Below are positions 13,876-29,559 of a stretch of DNA of 64,000 nucleotides, in pieces; positions within the stretch are counted from its first letter, which is position 1, and every line of letters starts with the position of its first letter. The notes beneath the pieces are model-generated. The model had not been told where the DNA came from. It saw only the letters and a program-made list of their open reading frames with translations, and ran no database searches. The position numbers and the translations under genes were made by a program. The stretch comes from Octopus vulgaris (Eukaryota), in assembly GCA_951406725.2 (NCBI GenBank), contig OX597818.1, forward strand, positions 140,988,001-141,052,000, written 5' to 3'.

Positions 13876-14429
13876 TCAAGTCAGCCGTAGAAGGACATGG
13901 TTAGATTTATCCTTTACATATCCTCTGATGGGCTCCAGCAGGCTGAATCTTGCGAACTATATCTTGATCAATCAGTATGTGACTTGACTTAGATGTCACC
14001 AGTTGTTGAGTGCGCCAACTATGTTCTAACTCTATTTTGACCAATCTGTACATGGCTTAAACGTCACGGTTTGGATAGTGCATCAATGTTTGTTAACTTT
14101 GACCGTACTTAAATGAATAACTGTTTGACTATATTTTGGTATGTTGTAAACAACATTCCTGTTTTCATTGAATTCTATTGTTACTATTCCTAAACTTTTT
14201 ACACTTCCATCAAGTCAATGTTCATATGATCAACACTACTACCATCCTCACCATTACCATTATTATTATTGTTGTTAGTGGTGTCGATGGTAGCAGTAGT
14301 AATAGTAATAATACTTAATATTATTATCACCATCATCATTATAATTATCACCGTTACTACAACTGTCCATTAAAAATGGGTTTGAATTAATCAATAAAAT
14401 TCCTTTCTCTGACTTTTCTCTCCACTTCA

Positions 14430-14810
14430 CTCGTTGTTTGATGTTGCCAGATGGTTGCTTAAAGGGATCTAACAGACATCAGGGTCCCTAATTTGCTGTC
14501 GGTGCACACGTGAACGTTCTCACAATCCATTCTCAGTCTGACTAACGTATATCTCTTCACAGTTCGGGCATTTACTGGAGTATATTAATTTTCTGCTTTT
14601 CCGGTTCATATTTGCATTTGTGAATATTTTTCTGGTTTTTATGATCATCTATTGACCGGTATGTATGAAGTTTCATGTACCACATCGGTTATGTTTGCAT
14701 TTAGATACAATGAATGATTCGTCATTGTTGCTTAGGTCAATCTTTGCCTTTGTTAATAATTGCTTCAAGACTTTTGGCTGTCTTTTACTTAGAATCATAA
14801 CCCTTGTCTA
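14430..14810 (-). pseudogene. Penelope-like element (Neptune-type) linker plus GIY-YIG endonuclease remnant
   Basis: Manual minus-strand translation across frameshifts: SKRQPK..LKQLLTKAK, KCKHNRCGT*, LIYSSKCPNCEEIYVSQTENGL*ERSRVHRQQIRD..PLSNHL. Confidence 0.75.
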
Positions 14811-15224
14811 CTTATAGAGAATGGTATACGGCGTACTATAGAAAAACCCATACAACATAGGGCAACCCCAGAATGAGGAAAACAAGAACAGTTCCTACGA
14901 AGGATGCGGTGGCGGCGACGGTGGTGGTAGTGGTGGTGGTGGTGGATGATTTCTTTTATTCGCTGCAGGAGAATATTACACGGACAGTTTAGAATTTGTG
15001 TAATTGTTTACATAAAAATATGTGCAAGATGGAAGACCAGATAAAAGCATACATATACAAGTTATGTGAAGACATGGATAATTCACTGCTCATGACCATC
15101 AGGAGTGCACCACATATCCAGATTTGCCCTGACCGCAAAGAAAACAAACCCTACCAGTGCATGTGTAAAATTAATCATTGTCATCATCAAAAATATCTTT
15201 ATTATAATGATATACATGATTAAT

Positions 15225-15660
15225 TTCAAATTTTGGCACGAAGCCAACAGTTTTTGGAGGAGGGTTTAGTCGATTGAATCGACCCCTTTGCTCAACTGGT
15301 CCAGATTTTATCGACCCTAAAGGAAGATAAGCAAAGTTCACCTACGCGGAATTTGAACCTAGAAACGGATAAAATACCGCTAAGCATTTTGCTCGGTGCA
15401 CTATCCACTCAACTCGGCATCTTGCCACGCAAATACATAAAACAGGTTTCAAATTTGGCACAAGGATAGGAGTTCTGTGGGCAGGAGCTAAGTCGATTAC
15501 ATCGACACTAGTGTTCAGATGGTACTTAATTTACCGACCTCTAAATGATGAAAAGCAAAGATAACTTCGGCGGGATTTGAACTCAGAACGTAAAGACGGA
15601 TGAAATACTGCTAAGCATTTATACTCCGTGTGCTAACGATTTTGCGAGCTCGGCGCCTTT
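15225..15660 (-). mobile_element. Two tandem decayed family D SINEs
   Basis: Two copies of TGGT.C...TTTA.CGACC..GAATTTGAAC..GCTAAGCATTT, the reverse of family D. Confidence 0.7.
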
Positions 15661-15794
15661 ATGACATACATGATTAAAATGTTTTCCCGTTAATTTGCTA
15701 CATCACAACTGGAATTCATGGCTGTTAGCATAGGTCAGTTTGAACAGATTTAAATCAAAGCTAAACAACAACAACAACAACAACATTAATAGTA

Positions 15795-15842
<48 letters not shown>

Positions 15843-16420
15843 GGGCATATTTCTGTCGAAAATATATTTTCCTAGCATTATAACTTGTAGTTATATTATA
15901 CAATGCAACTCCCAAACAAATATTCATTTTATGACTTATTCTTCATAAATTTATTATCTTACATTTACAATTATTTCTCATATTTTATGGGATTTCTTTG
16001 TCATTCCCACCCCCCTTGTATTTAATTTTAACGCGTGTATTCTCCACCCAGTGAGGAACTTTCGAATGAAAAATAAGATATAGTAAATCCATACAAAAGA
16101 TGGAATTTTATTGAAAACATATACTTTTAATGTTCTCTAATAATAAATTTCATGTATTTTTTCTTTTATATACATAGACATATCTGAGGGGATGATACTT
16201 AGTTTACAGCCATATTTTATTTTACACTTATAAATTATAATTTCCAATTTCTAGCATATGTCGTAACAAAATTGCAATTCCGTAAGAAAAAGAGATAATG
16301 GAAATTATCATATACATTGTATAGACTTCCCTACACGCTAACAACTCAATAGTTGTGTGCATGAGTGTAAACGTATATAGACACACATATACACATGCAT
16401 ACACACACATGCACAAACAT

Positions 16421-16455
<35 letters not shown>

Positions 16456-16720
16456 CACATATACATATAACTATATATATACGTATATTTATATGTATAT
16501 ATATATATATATGCACATATATATAGCTACATATATGTGTGTGTGTTTGTATCTACATACGTATATATAAATACACTTCTATAACTATTCCACCTTTCAT
16601 CTCTCTCTTTCTTTGTGCGTATATACGTCTGTGTGTGTATGTATGCATGTATACGTGCCTCTGTGTGTGTGTTTGTGTGTGTATGCATATGTATGTGTAT
16701 ATGTATGTATGTACGTAGAG

Positions 16721-16769
<49 letters not shown>

Positions 16770-17154
16770 TAAATATACAAAGATAGAACAAGCAAGAAAA
16801 CAAAATCAGAATTTACATAGATATTTTTTTATGGATTCCACAAATCAAAATCAATTTTATTTCGCAACCACTTTAATAATTGTAGTACGAGGTGGTTTGT
16901 AAAATATATTTACATTTTATCAATATAATTTCAAACTAGCATTCTACACACATAAACACACACGTACAAGATAACATATAAATTCAATATCTGGCGTACA
17001 TTCAAAACTCAGATTGAAAACTCATATATGTAAAGACGTGTGTTTGGGAATGTGATTGCATGTATATATGGAAGCATATTTTTCTACATTTGCATAAATG
17101 CGTGTGTGTGTACATACAGAGAGGGAGAAAGAGAGAGAGGAAGAGAGAGAAAGG

Positions 17155-17200
<46 letters not shown>

Positions 17201-17408
17201 AAGATAGATAGATACATATGTATGTATGTAAGTATGTATAAATATATATACTGTAATCACTCGACGGTCGCGGGTATGACTACCAAAACCTTCCAAAGAA
17301 ATAATTAAAATATATAAAAATATAAATACCTATGGGCCGCAGATAGGCAGATATACTGAAGATGCCGCGATTGGTAAACCGCGATATGGCGTGGGATTAC
17401 TGTATCTG

Positions 17409-17450
<42 letters not shown>

Positions 17451-17454
<4 letters not shown>

Positions 17455-17985
17455 TTGATCACTTGATCACTTTGACCGACCAGTCCGTCAGGCGTCCATT
17501 TGACACCGCTGGTCACAGCACGCTGGTCACAGCACGCTGGTCACAGCACGCTGGTCACAGCACGCTGGTCACAGCACGCTGGTCACAGCACGCTGTCCAC
17601 TCCTCTCTGGATCGCGCCCTTCTCATTCACGTGATCCCAATCGTCCTCTTGAAATCGTCACTCCACCGTCATGGAGGTCTTCCGGGTGGTCTTTTCCGCT
17701 CACGCGGGTACCACTCGACAACTGCGTGCGTCCACCGATTATCGATGAGCCGGGCGACGTATCCAGCCCATCTATACTTGCTGCGAGTATACTCTGCGAT
17801 GACATCTCTCACGCCGGACTTCTTTCTGATGATGTTGCTATTTATGTGCTCTCTCAACGAGATACCAAGCATTGACCTTTCCATGGCTCTTTGAGCCGTT
17901 ATCAGTCTTTGCTCTTCTCTCTTTGTGGTAGCCCATGTTTCACTACCATATATCATTGCAGGCAGAACTGCACTGTTAATGAGGT
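17451..17985 (-). mobile_element. RTE-clade LINE 3' fragment
   Basis: LPAMIYGSETW..AQRAMERSMLGI..WAGYVAR..RWT..WYPRERKRPPGRPP is a typical RTE C-terminus; short-repeat tail (TCAAGTGA)n abuts (TA)n. Confidence 0.9.
17507..17595. repeat. 14-bp minisatellite CGCTGGTCACAGCA x6
   Basis: Six perfect copies plus a partial copy, within the RTE 3' end. Confidence 0.95.
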
Positions 17986-18521
17986 GTACTGATACATACG
18001 TACTTACTATAGTAAATAGAGATTTGACACAGATATGCACGCATTCACAAGTACTGAAACAAGGTTCTTCGTGCATTCAAAGTCACAGAATGTATTCCAT
18101 AGTCGTCTGTAGGTTCCAAATCCAAACGTATAGAAGCTACCGATTTGGGTAAAGAATAAACAACAACACAAATGGGTTGAGATTCTCTACAGCTGATTCA
18201 GACGTGCCCTTTAGCGATGAACAAAATAAACCATTTCCTTCAGGTGAATAAGGAGAAAATTTAAGACATAGAATATCTCCTCAAAAACAACATAATGTAA
18301 AATAACCCCCACCAACCGTAACCTGGTAGGTAGGGTCTTTTTCCCAATGTTCTATTTTGGGGAGAAATTCTAAGAGTTAAATTTTCTCTTTATTCAATTG
18401 AACAAAACAGGGTTTTCTGGCATCGTGTAATGTTTTGTTTTTCATCAATAAAGAACACACTTGAATTGGCTATAGTGAACTTTTACCTATCTGTATTATT
18501 GTTTATGTGCATGTGTGTATG

Positions 18522-18584
<63 letters not shown>

Positions 18585-18633
18585 AAACAAGTCAAAAATA
18601 GAAAATGCTAAGATGATTTTATAGTGAATCTTT

Positions 18634-18671
18634 CAGTACCGGTTTCGGTCATTTTGAGACCTTTTCAACTG
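18634..18671 (-). ncRNA. Mirror copy of the U3-A8 hammerhead
   Basis: Reverse complement of 18962-19000, with one less A in loop II. Confidence 0.7.
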
Positions 18672-18961
18672 TAACGATTAAATAATTAAATTTAGAAAAA
18701 TTAGAAGAAAAGTTTTTTTTAAAGAATATTTCTGTAGTAGTGTTCAGATATAAGTAGCATTCTGCCTTTCTCTGACTCCCTTGTTTGCACTTGTGTGTTC
18801 GAGGTCGTCTTTGATCACTAAAAACGACCTCGAACACACAAGTGCAAACAAGGGAGTCAGAGAAAGGCAGAATGCTACTTATATCTGAACACTACTACAG
18901 AAATAGTCTTTTAAAAAAAACATTTCTTCTAATTTTTCTAAATTTAATTATTTAATCGTTA

Positions 18962-19000
18962 CAGTTGAAAAGGTCTCAAAAATGACCGAAACCGGTACTG
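18962..19000 (+). ncRNA. Minimal type I hammerhead, U3-A8 covariant core
   Basis: CAG-UUGAAAA-GGUC-ucaaaaau-GACC-GAAA-CCGG-UA-CUG; palindromic ACCGGU stem III; GUA triplet. Confidence 0.7.
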
Positions 19001-19049
19001 AAAGATTCACTATAAAATCATCTTAGCATTTTCTATTTTTGACTTGTTT

Positions 19050-19185
<136 letters not shown>

Positions 19186-19409
19186 GTGTGTGTATATGAT
19201 ATATATCTATGTATATATATGTATATATGTGTATATATGTGTATATATATTTATATATACATATATGAGTGTGCGTGTGTGTATGTGTGTGTTATGTATG
19301 TATGTATGTATGTATGTATATAATTGAGATTCAGTTGAATTAGGTATTTACGTTGAAGCACCAAGTCAGTCTGGTATTATCCACACAGCTCGAAGTAAGG
19401 TGAACAAAG

Positions 19410-19740
19410 TCAAAATAAGCAACATAATATCAAGAAGTGATGCAGTATGATCCTTTCAAGCGGCTCCATTTAATTGGACAATGCAATCATTACATCAATT
19501 TAAATGCAGTGCTATACTTCGCTACAATAGCCACAACTTCAATTTCTTCGATCTTCTTGTTCTGTTAAAGTATTTGAGAAAAAATATACAAAGCGTCCAA
19601 CTAGTTGAAATTCTGTTTATTTGTGCAGCTGATGATAGCACTGCATTTAAATTGACGTAATGATTACATTGCTCAGTTAAAAGGAGTTGCTTGAAACTGT
19701 CGTACTGCATTACTTCTTGATATCCTGTTGCTTATTTTGA
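19410..19740. mobile_element. Diverged inverted repeat pair (HHR-bearing)
   Basis: 19410-19515 pairs with 19635-19740 (TCAAAATAAGCAAC..TCAAGAAGT.ATGCAGTA and TTTAAATGCAGTGCTAT); ~120 bp spacer. Confidence 0.8.
19624..19709 (+). ncRNA. Type I hammerhead with canonical core
   Basis: UGCAG-CUGAUGA-u-AGCA-[47 nt]-UGCU-u-GAAA-C-uguc-GUA-CUGCA; 5-bp stem I. Confidence 0.75.
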
Positions 19741-20076
19741 TTATATATATATATCCTGTTGCTTATTTTAATTTATATATATATATATTTCAATATAGTG
19801 GAGTCTCTCGTGAAAGTCGATGCATAAGAGAGCAAACTGGACAGATAATTCGTTTATAGTGATCAGATGCTTGTACCGCACATTTCCTCACTCTCTCCAT
19901 CAAACCGACTTTGTTTGAGCAGGTGCACGGTGTGCCACACGCCATGTGTCGAAGCGATGTATATATGTGTGTGATGTGTTTGCGCGTGCGCGCGTGTGTG
20001 TGTGTGTGTAAGTGTGTGTGTAAGTGTGTATAACAAGACATAACAGGAGTTAATAAATCCTGGCAGATATACTGAA

Positions 20077-20110
<34 letters not shown>

Positions 20111-20638
20111 TACTTAATATTATATTATATATTATATTATATTTACAAACGAGCATATGATGCGTCAATTACAGAAATAAACGAAGCGATATAAAAACGT
20201 AAATATTATTGGGGCATAAAACCTGTTTCTACGATCAAGCTGACCCCGTAAGACATAGGTACATGAGCTTCAGAAGCAAATGTACATATGTTTTACAGGC
20301 TACACACCTGCAAATGTTAATCACCTATAATATTATGCAACGTTTAGTGAAGTCGGGAACAAATCCACGTACAAACATACGGACTTACATACGTATATTT
20401 GTAGGTGGAGGAGGTGGGTTTTATATGGTTGCACGTATATATGTTTTATGTATGCATGTATGTATGCATAAATACATATATTCAGACATATTTATATAAG
20501 TATAGCTATTCATAAATTCCATTTATACACGTGCATACATATATGTCAATATTTTCATAGCTCAGAGTTTCATCTATTAAATTTCACAGAAATTTATATG
20601 CGCACTTAAAATACCTATATAGACTTTTCTCTCCCGCT

Positions 20639-20680
<42 letters not shown>

Positions 20681-20894
20681 TTGTATATGTGTGTCTGTAT
20701 AAAGAGAGAGAGAGAGAGAGAGGGGAGGGAGAGAGAAAGACAGAGACTGAGAGACAGAGAGCAAGACAGAAGGGAGATAGATAGATACATAGACAGACAG
20801 ACAAATAGATAGATAGATATATAGATGCTTACTTATACACGCATACACATAAATATATACATAGATACACATACATATTCATTTTATATATGTA

Positions 20895-20954
<60 letters not shown>

Positions 20955-20994
20955 TATACATGTATACATATACACATACGAATGTGTGAGTATC

Positions 20995-21027
<33 letters not shown>

Positions 21028-21362
21028 TACGTATGTGTGTGTATCATATATATATATATATATCCCACATGAAACGAATGGAGACATGCTGAACAAAATG
21101 AATCTGGCCTCCATGGTGATTTACTGTTGAAATCATCGCGTATATAATTTCTTATAATAACAGCTTATTGTAAACAAATACAAATATATGTAGCTGCGTA
21201 ATTATCTTAGATTTCACCAATAGATCGTATCGAGCTGTAAACAACACCTGCTGCCATGTTTGATAAACAAAAATAACGGGACTTTTGTATGAAAAATACA
21301 CCGGACAACTGCCATAAGTTATGCTTACACGCCCACGCGCACGCATATGGATGTCACTATAA

Positions 21363-21746
21363 TCTCTCTATATATAAACGGCAGTTTGTCTGTCTCCGTG
21401 TTTCTGTGTGTCTGTTTTCTCGTACCCTCACCCTGACCACGGCTTTCAACCGATTCTGATGAAACTTGACACACACATAGCCCAATGTCATAATTCAAAA
21501 CTAACGCAGCGAAAATTTTGAAAAGTTCCCCCAGTTCTGAAAAAAATCGATAAATTCGACATGGGGTCGAGAATCAGAAACCCAAACCACAGACCGTCTA
21601 GGGGACGCAACTCCACCTTTTTAACTCTCAAAAAAATTTACCATCATTTTTTTCCATTTTTTTGCTATTTTTTAGCTATAACTCTCTAAAAATGCTTTAT
21701 AGTTATTTCCCTTACAAATCTAAGCAACGCCGGGCGATACTGCTAG
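21363..21746 (+). mobile_element. Non-autonomous Helitron
   Basis: A|TCTCTCTATATATAAA 5' end; GCAACGCCGGGC..CTAG|T 3' end with an eroded subterminal hairpin; inserted at AT with no TSD. Confidence 0.75.
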
Positions 21747-22137
21747 TTATATATAAATATATACATATTTTTTTATTAATGTTTAGCAGAAGCAAGAGAG
21801 TGACTCAAGGATCCCGAAATCTTTTTGAAACGTATACATATACTCATATTTTGAAATCTATTTTTCTTGTCTGCAGCACCATATGCACCACATTATATAA
21901 ATATATACTTATATGCATATATACATATATAAATACACATTTATATTTATGTGTGTGTACGTATGTATGTGCGTGATTGTGTACGTACGTATTTTATATT
22001 TGTCTAAAATATACATACATAAAGATATATAATGCTTTTATATATGACTCTATTTATATATAGAGATGCATGTATGTATGCATGTATATATGTATGTATG
22101 TATGTATGCATGTGTGTGTACATATATATATACATAT

Positions 22138-23210
22138 AGGCGCTGGTGTGTCTGTGTGGTAAGTATCTTGCTTACCAACTACATGGTTCCAGGTTCAGTC
22201 CCACTGCGTGGCACCTTGGGCAAGTGCCCTCTACTATAGCCTTCGGCCGACCAAAGCCATGTGAGTGGATTATATATTTCTCTTTGTTTACAAATAATCT
22301 GTTATTATAAGTAATTTTATACGTGATGATTTCAACAGTAAATCACCATGGAGGTCTGATTCATTTTGTACAGCATGTCTCCATTCATTTTATGTTGGAA
22401 ACTGAAAGAAGCCTGTCGTATATATGCATTGGTTGTTCCGAAGTTCGTGCCGATTTATAGTAGCTTACCTTTCGACTTATTTTAGAACGTGGTTGAGTCC
22501 ATAAAATAGAATTTGACTACACCTCCATTTAGAACACAGTTTAAGCTATTTTTTAGTGGAAGAAGGTTTATGTTCCTATGACTTATTGTTAATTCTGTAA
22601 CCCTTTAAAATGGAAGATAAGAAAGTTCATTTTCGGCACTTGATGATTTGGGAGCCAGACGAAAATTGCTGCAGCTCGGCTGGGATGTGTTACCTCACCC
22701 TCCATATTCACCAGATATTGCTCCTTCGGATTCCCACTTATTAAGGTCTCTGCAGAATAGTCGTTTAGTAAAAAAATTCACTTCATTGGATGACGTAAAA
22801 AGTTACCTTGATGAATTCTTTGCCATGAATCCCCCTCAGTTCTTGGAAGAGGGTATTTTCAAGTTAAAGGAAAGATGGAGACGCAATATGCAACAACGTA
22901 GTTCATATTTGGTTTATTAAAAATGTAATGGCAATTATTTATTGAACTTTATCTTTCCTTTAAACATCGGTACGAACTTTCCGGACAACCCAATATATAT
23001 GTGTGTGTGTGTGTGTTTCCGTGTTTGTACTCCCAACATCGCTTGGCATCCGATGTTGGTGTGTTTACGCCCCCGTAACTAGCGGTTCAGCACAATAGAC
23101 CGATAGAATAAGTACTAGGCTTACAAAGAATAAGTCCTTGTTTCGATTTGCTCGGTTAAGTGCGGTGCTCCAGTGTGGCCGCAGTCAAATGTCTGAAGCA
23201 AGTAAAAGAG
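22138..23210 (+). mobile_element. Family A SINE interrupted by a mariner and a ~125 bp insert
   Basis: Head at 22138-22270, GAAACTGAAAGAAGCC at 22398-22413, 3' half at 22996-23210. Confidence 0.8.
22429..22993 (+). mobile_element. Internally deleted mariner element
   Basis: TIRs TTGGTTGTTCCGAAGTTCGTGCCGAT and ATCGGTACGAACTTTCCGGACAACCCAA. MEDKKVHFRHLM is joined to LGWDVLPHPPYSPDIAPSDSHL. Confidence 0.9.
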
Positions 23211-23726
23211 TATACATGGTATAACATAAATACGCTTGCTAAAATTAATTTCATATTCAAATCAATAGACTGAATTGTTTTGTTTTCAAAGTGTTGGCAG
23301 TTCTGGTCCAGTTATTACAGCTTATGCGATGCAATGGAATTGCAAGCATCGATAAACATTTACATCGGTATTTTTTGCACATTCTCGGATAATGGCCCCA
23401 CGATTTTCGTCTACTGTTACTGGTTTTATACAGTCAATCTTATCTTCTCCGTAAACCCACCACAAAATATCCTGTGAGAGTTCCGGAGAACGTGGAGCGT
23501 ATTCTGTTGAACCACTTTATACAATATAATGCAACAGTTTAGCGAAGTCACATTAAAGTTGACTCTTTAATGTCTACGAGACAAAATATCTACGAGACAA
23601 GACCAAACTTTGAGACATAATATATATTTTCAATAACTTTTTACAATGCCATCCACAATGAAAATTTCCCAGGTCACACCAAAACCAGTAGGTATTCACA
23701 CATTTCTAAACGAGTTATACCACATC

Positions 23727-24113
23727 GTGGAGGCGCAATGGCCCAGTAGTTAGGGCAGCAGACTCGCGGTCATAGGATCGCGGTTTCGATTCCCAGACCG
23801 GACGTTGTGAGTGTTTATTGAGCGAAAACACCTAAAAGCTCCACGAGGCTCCGGCAGGGATGGTGGTGATCCCTGCTCTACTCTTTCACCACAACTCTCT
23901 CTCACTCTTACTTCCTGTTTCTGTTGTACCTGTATTTCAAGGGGCCGGCCTTGTCACTCTCTGTGTCACGCTGAATATCGCCGAGAACTACGTTAAGGGC
24001 GCACGTGTCTGTGGAGTGCTCAGCCACTTACACGTTAATTTCACGAGCAGGCTGTTCCGTTGATTCGGATCAACCGGAAACCTCATCATCGTAACCGATG
24101 GAGTGCTTCCACC
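23727..24113 (+). mobile_element. tRNA-derived SINE family B
   Basis: A box TGGCCCAGT.GTT and B box GTTTCGATTCCC; TSD ATACCACATCG (23717-23727 / 24114-24124). Confidence 0.92.
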
Positions 24114-25045
24114 ATACCACATCGCAAAATCTCATCACGGTTGGCTATTACATCTCTATGCTATTGTCAGCAAGTGCTCCATCTTTCTGGAAATAAAGCT
24201 CTATAACGCACCCGATATTGGTCTGTGAGACAGGCAACAATGCTCATAGACTGCTGTGGAGTTCAGCTGTCCAGCAGATGTAAACGGAATAAAGGATACT
24301 TATGGTGACCTAATTCGGATTATATAACCATTGCACGCTGACAATAAATTTTCATTTGTACTTATCATTCGGGTGCATATATCTTTGTATCTAAAGATTT
24401 ACACAAAAAAATAGAACACCAGGTTTTTCGAAGAACAAACGAAACTAATTTGAATTTTCCCAATCCAATATATAAGCGGCGCAGTGAAAATTTATGAGAC
24501 ATTGCAAAGATTATTTATCTGCCATTTTGTTCTTTTTTTTTTCAGAAATAGACAAACACGCGTGACTGTGAACATCGAGAGTGCAGCTAACGCAACAAGT
24601 CAGCGACATGATTACAAAGTCCGAGGACTCTCTTAACTCAAAAGGATCTGTTACTTCGTTAGCGACAGGCTTGAAGTCTCATAAGAAATATTTAAATAAA
24701 TTTTAGAGAAAAACATACATACATGCGTATATATATATATGCATAAAATCATTCATCGGAACATACATGCAATCATACATACATATATACATACATACAA
24801 GAAACAAAAGAAATGCCTCGATCAAGAAAAAAAAATGACTCGTCCATTTTCAAACGGATTTAGTTTTCTAAAAAATGTAAAGAAAAGAAATACTACAATT
24901 AAACCTGAAATTGTAGAGACATAGAACAAACGCCGTTGCCAATGTCATTTCTTATAGAATCGTAAACTCAATTTTAATTTTTCATTGTCACATCTTGATG
25001 AAGATGTGAAAAGAAGTAGAGTAGGTAAAATTTTCCAAAAGAAGC

Positions 25046-25093
<48 letters not shown>

Positions 25094-25191
25094 GGAGCTT
25101 CTACAGGACTAGAACTGTTTCATTCAAGAGAAATCTGCTATGTATTGAGTACCTTATTTACTGTGGTTAACCCCGAATCAACCCGGGACCT

Positions 25192-25233
<42 letters not shown>

Positions 25234-25760
25234 TGCATGTGATATAATCTATACTATGGTTTACAAACCTTGTTGTCGAATCTTACAATTGAGTTCATAT
25301 ACCTTTGTTTTAGTTCGGTATGATATCCCGTTACGCGTGATTTTAGCCATCCGCCTTAAACAATGAAACAATCAAATTCCGCAAAAGTGGACTCTCATCC
25401 TTTTAAAGTTGATAACATTAGTACCAGTGAAACAATGCAATCGATGTAATTGACTAGCCACTTCTAAATTTTAAACCTTGCACCAACAGGACAAAACGGC
25501 ATTTCGCCTGTCTTTACGTTTTGAGTTCTAATTCTGCTAAGGTCGATTTTGTCATTCATAATTTCGTAGTCGATAAAATAAGTACCAGTTGAACATTGAA
25601 GTGGGGTCGATGTAATCTAAAGCCCTACCCATGTCAGCGTTTGTGCCAATATTAGAAAGGATTATTGTTGCTGTTGTTGTTATTATTATTATTCTTATTC
25701 TTATTCTTCTTCTTATTATTATTATTACTATTATCATCATCATCATTATTATTATTATTT

Positions 25761-26199
25761 ACTTTTCACCAGTATCCTAGGGCAAGTGAAGGATAAGGGC
25801 TATTACAATATGACTGTAAGCTTGGGGAGAGTAAGTGGCAGGGGTAGTAGCGAAATATCTTCATGTAATAGAACACACACATTTAAATTGATAGGACTTT
25901 TCTAAGGATGTAGTTGTTACTTTTTAGCACAATCTTTTGGATTTCTCTGAGACATGGTTCTCCTGAGATATTCCCGAGATATTTCTGACATCCCTTTCCC
26001 ATCATACCAAGGGCACCCACTGTAACAGAAACAGTTCTCACTTTAATATACTACAACTTTTTGTATTTCAGTTTCCAGGTCCTTATATTTACTTAATTTG
26101 TCAAATTCCTTCATAGATATATTTTTTATCGTTGGGAACACTTACTCCTATTAGTCTACAAGTATTTTTTCTCTGTCTGGTCGATTAGTCTGGGCCGTC
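25761..26199 (-). mobile_element. Old R4/Dong-like RLE LINE 3' fragment
   Basis: Minus strand TCRLIGVSVPNDKNISMKEFDKLSKYKDLETEI is homologous to the 27548-27901 ORF; (TAA)n on both sides. Confidence 0.7.
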
Positions 26200-28114
<1,915 letters not shown>

Positions 28115-28118
28115 ATTA

Positions 28119-28191
<73 letters not shown>

Positions 28192-28193
28192 CA

Positions 28194-28274
<81 letters not shown>

Positions 28275-28289
28275 CTATTATTATTATTA

Positions 28290-28347
<58 letters not shown>

Positions 28348-28369
28348 CATCATCATTATTATTATTTTT

Positions 28370-28762
28370 CAAGACGGCGAGCTAGCACTAAGGCAGGGAA
28401 CTGGCAGAATCGTCAGCACTCCGGGCGAAATGTTTAGCTGTATTTCGTCTTTACATTCAGAGTTCAAATTCCGCCAAGGTTGACTTTGCCTTTTATCATT
28501 TCGTTGTCGACAAATTAAGCACCAGTCAATTACTGAGGTTGATGTAATCGGCGTACCATTTCTCCACCCCAAATTTCAGGCCTTCTGCATATAGTAGAAA
28601 GGATTACTATTATTGCTGTTGTTCAAATTCCGCCGAGGTCGACTTTGCGTTTCATCTTTTCGGGTCGATAAATAAAGTACCAGTTGCGTACTGAGTTCGA
28701 TCTAATTGGCTGGCCCCATTCCCAAAAATTTCGGGCCATTTGCCTAGTGTAGAAAAAATTAT
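28370..28762 (+). mobile_element. Two tandem decayed family D SINEs
   Basis: GTTCAAATTCCGCC.AGGT.GACTTTGC occurs at 28462 and 28621. Confidence 0.8.
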
Positions 28763-29291
28763 TATTGTTGTTGTTGTTGTTCATTATCATTCAAGTCATG
28801 TATTCACTTGAACTTCTCCCTGTATATTTTCGTACGTGCATAGGTGCGTATGTATGCTGCATATGTGTATGCGTGCGCGTGTGTCTGTGTGTGTGCGCCC
28901 GGCCATGTGGGTGTGTTTCAGTTCGTGCGTCTGTATGTTTCCGTGTGCTTGTTTATAATCAATACAAGTTGTCATGTTCTTCTTTTCTGCTGAGGCTAAC
29001 AGTAGGATACCAATGCAGCTGAGATTGTAAGCGTCACCGAGACGATATATTAACGTTTATTTATGGACATAAATACATTTATCTAAGTATACGTCTCTTG
29101 TTCCGTTTATGTATTTTTCAATTCAATACTAAATCTCTCTTACGTCAACACATAATGTTGTCTAGATATCAGTAACGATCGCTGTAGATAATATTACTAC
29201 TATAAAAAGTAAAACAAACATAAAAGCTGGATAGCAACACCATCATTACTAATACTTCTGTTTAATAACAACAACAACAGCACCAATAATG

Positions 29292-29338
<47 letters not shown>

Positions 29339-29451
29339 CATATGAGGTTAAGAAAAAGAAAACAAGAAAGTAAAAAAGAAACAAACATTACACATAAAGC
29401 GTTGGCAAGATTTTATATATATTTATACATATATATATATATATATTATTC

Positions 29452-29491
<40 letters not shown>

Positions 29492-29505
29492 TAAATATAT
29501 ATACA

Positions 29506-29559
<54 letters not shown>

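Noticed and set aside
17507-17595. CRISPR-like array
   Set aside because: Contiguous 14-bp tandem units with no spacers, inside a eukaryotic LINE.
21460-21475. CTGATGAAAC inside the Helitron
   Set aside because: No stem II between CUGAUGA and GAAA; it is a chance match.
23727-23800. tRNA genes at SINE heads (also 31484, 33106, 38544 and others)
   Set aside because: They have A/B boxes but no proper acceptor stem, continue into SINE bodies, and several are flanked by TSDs.
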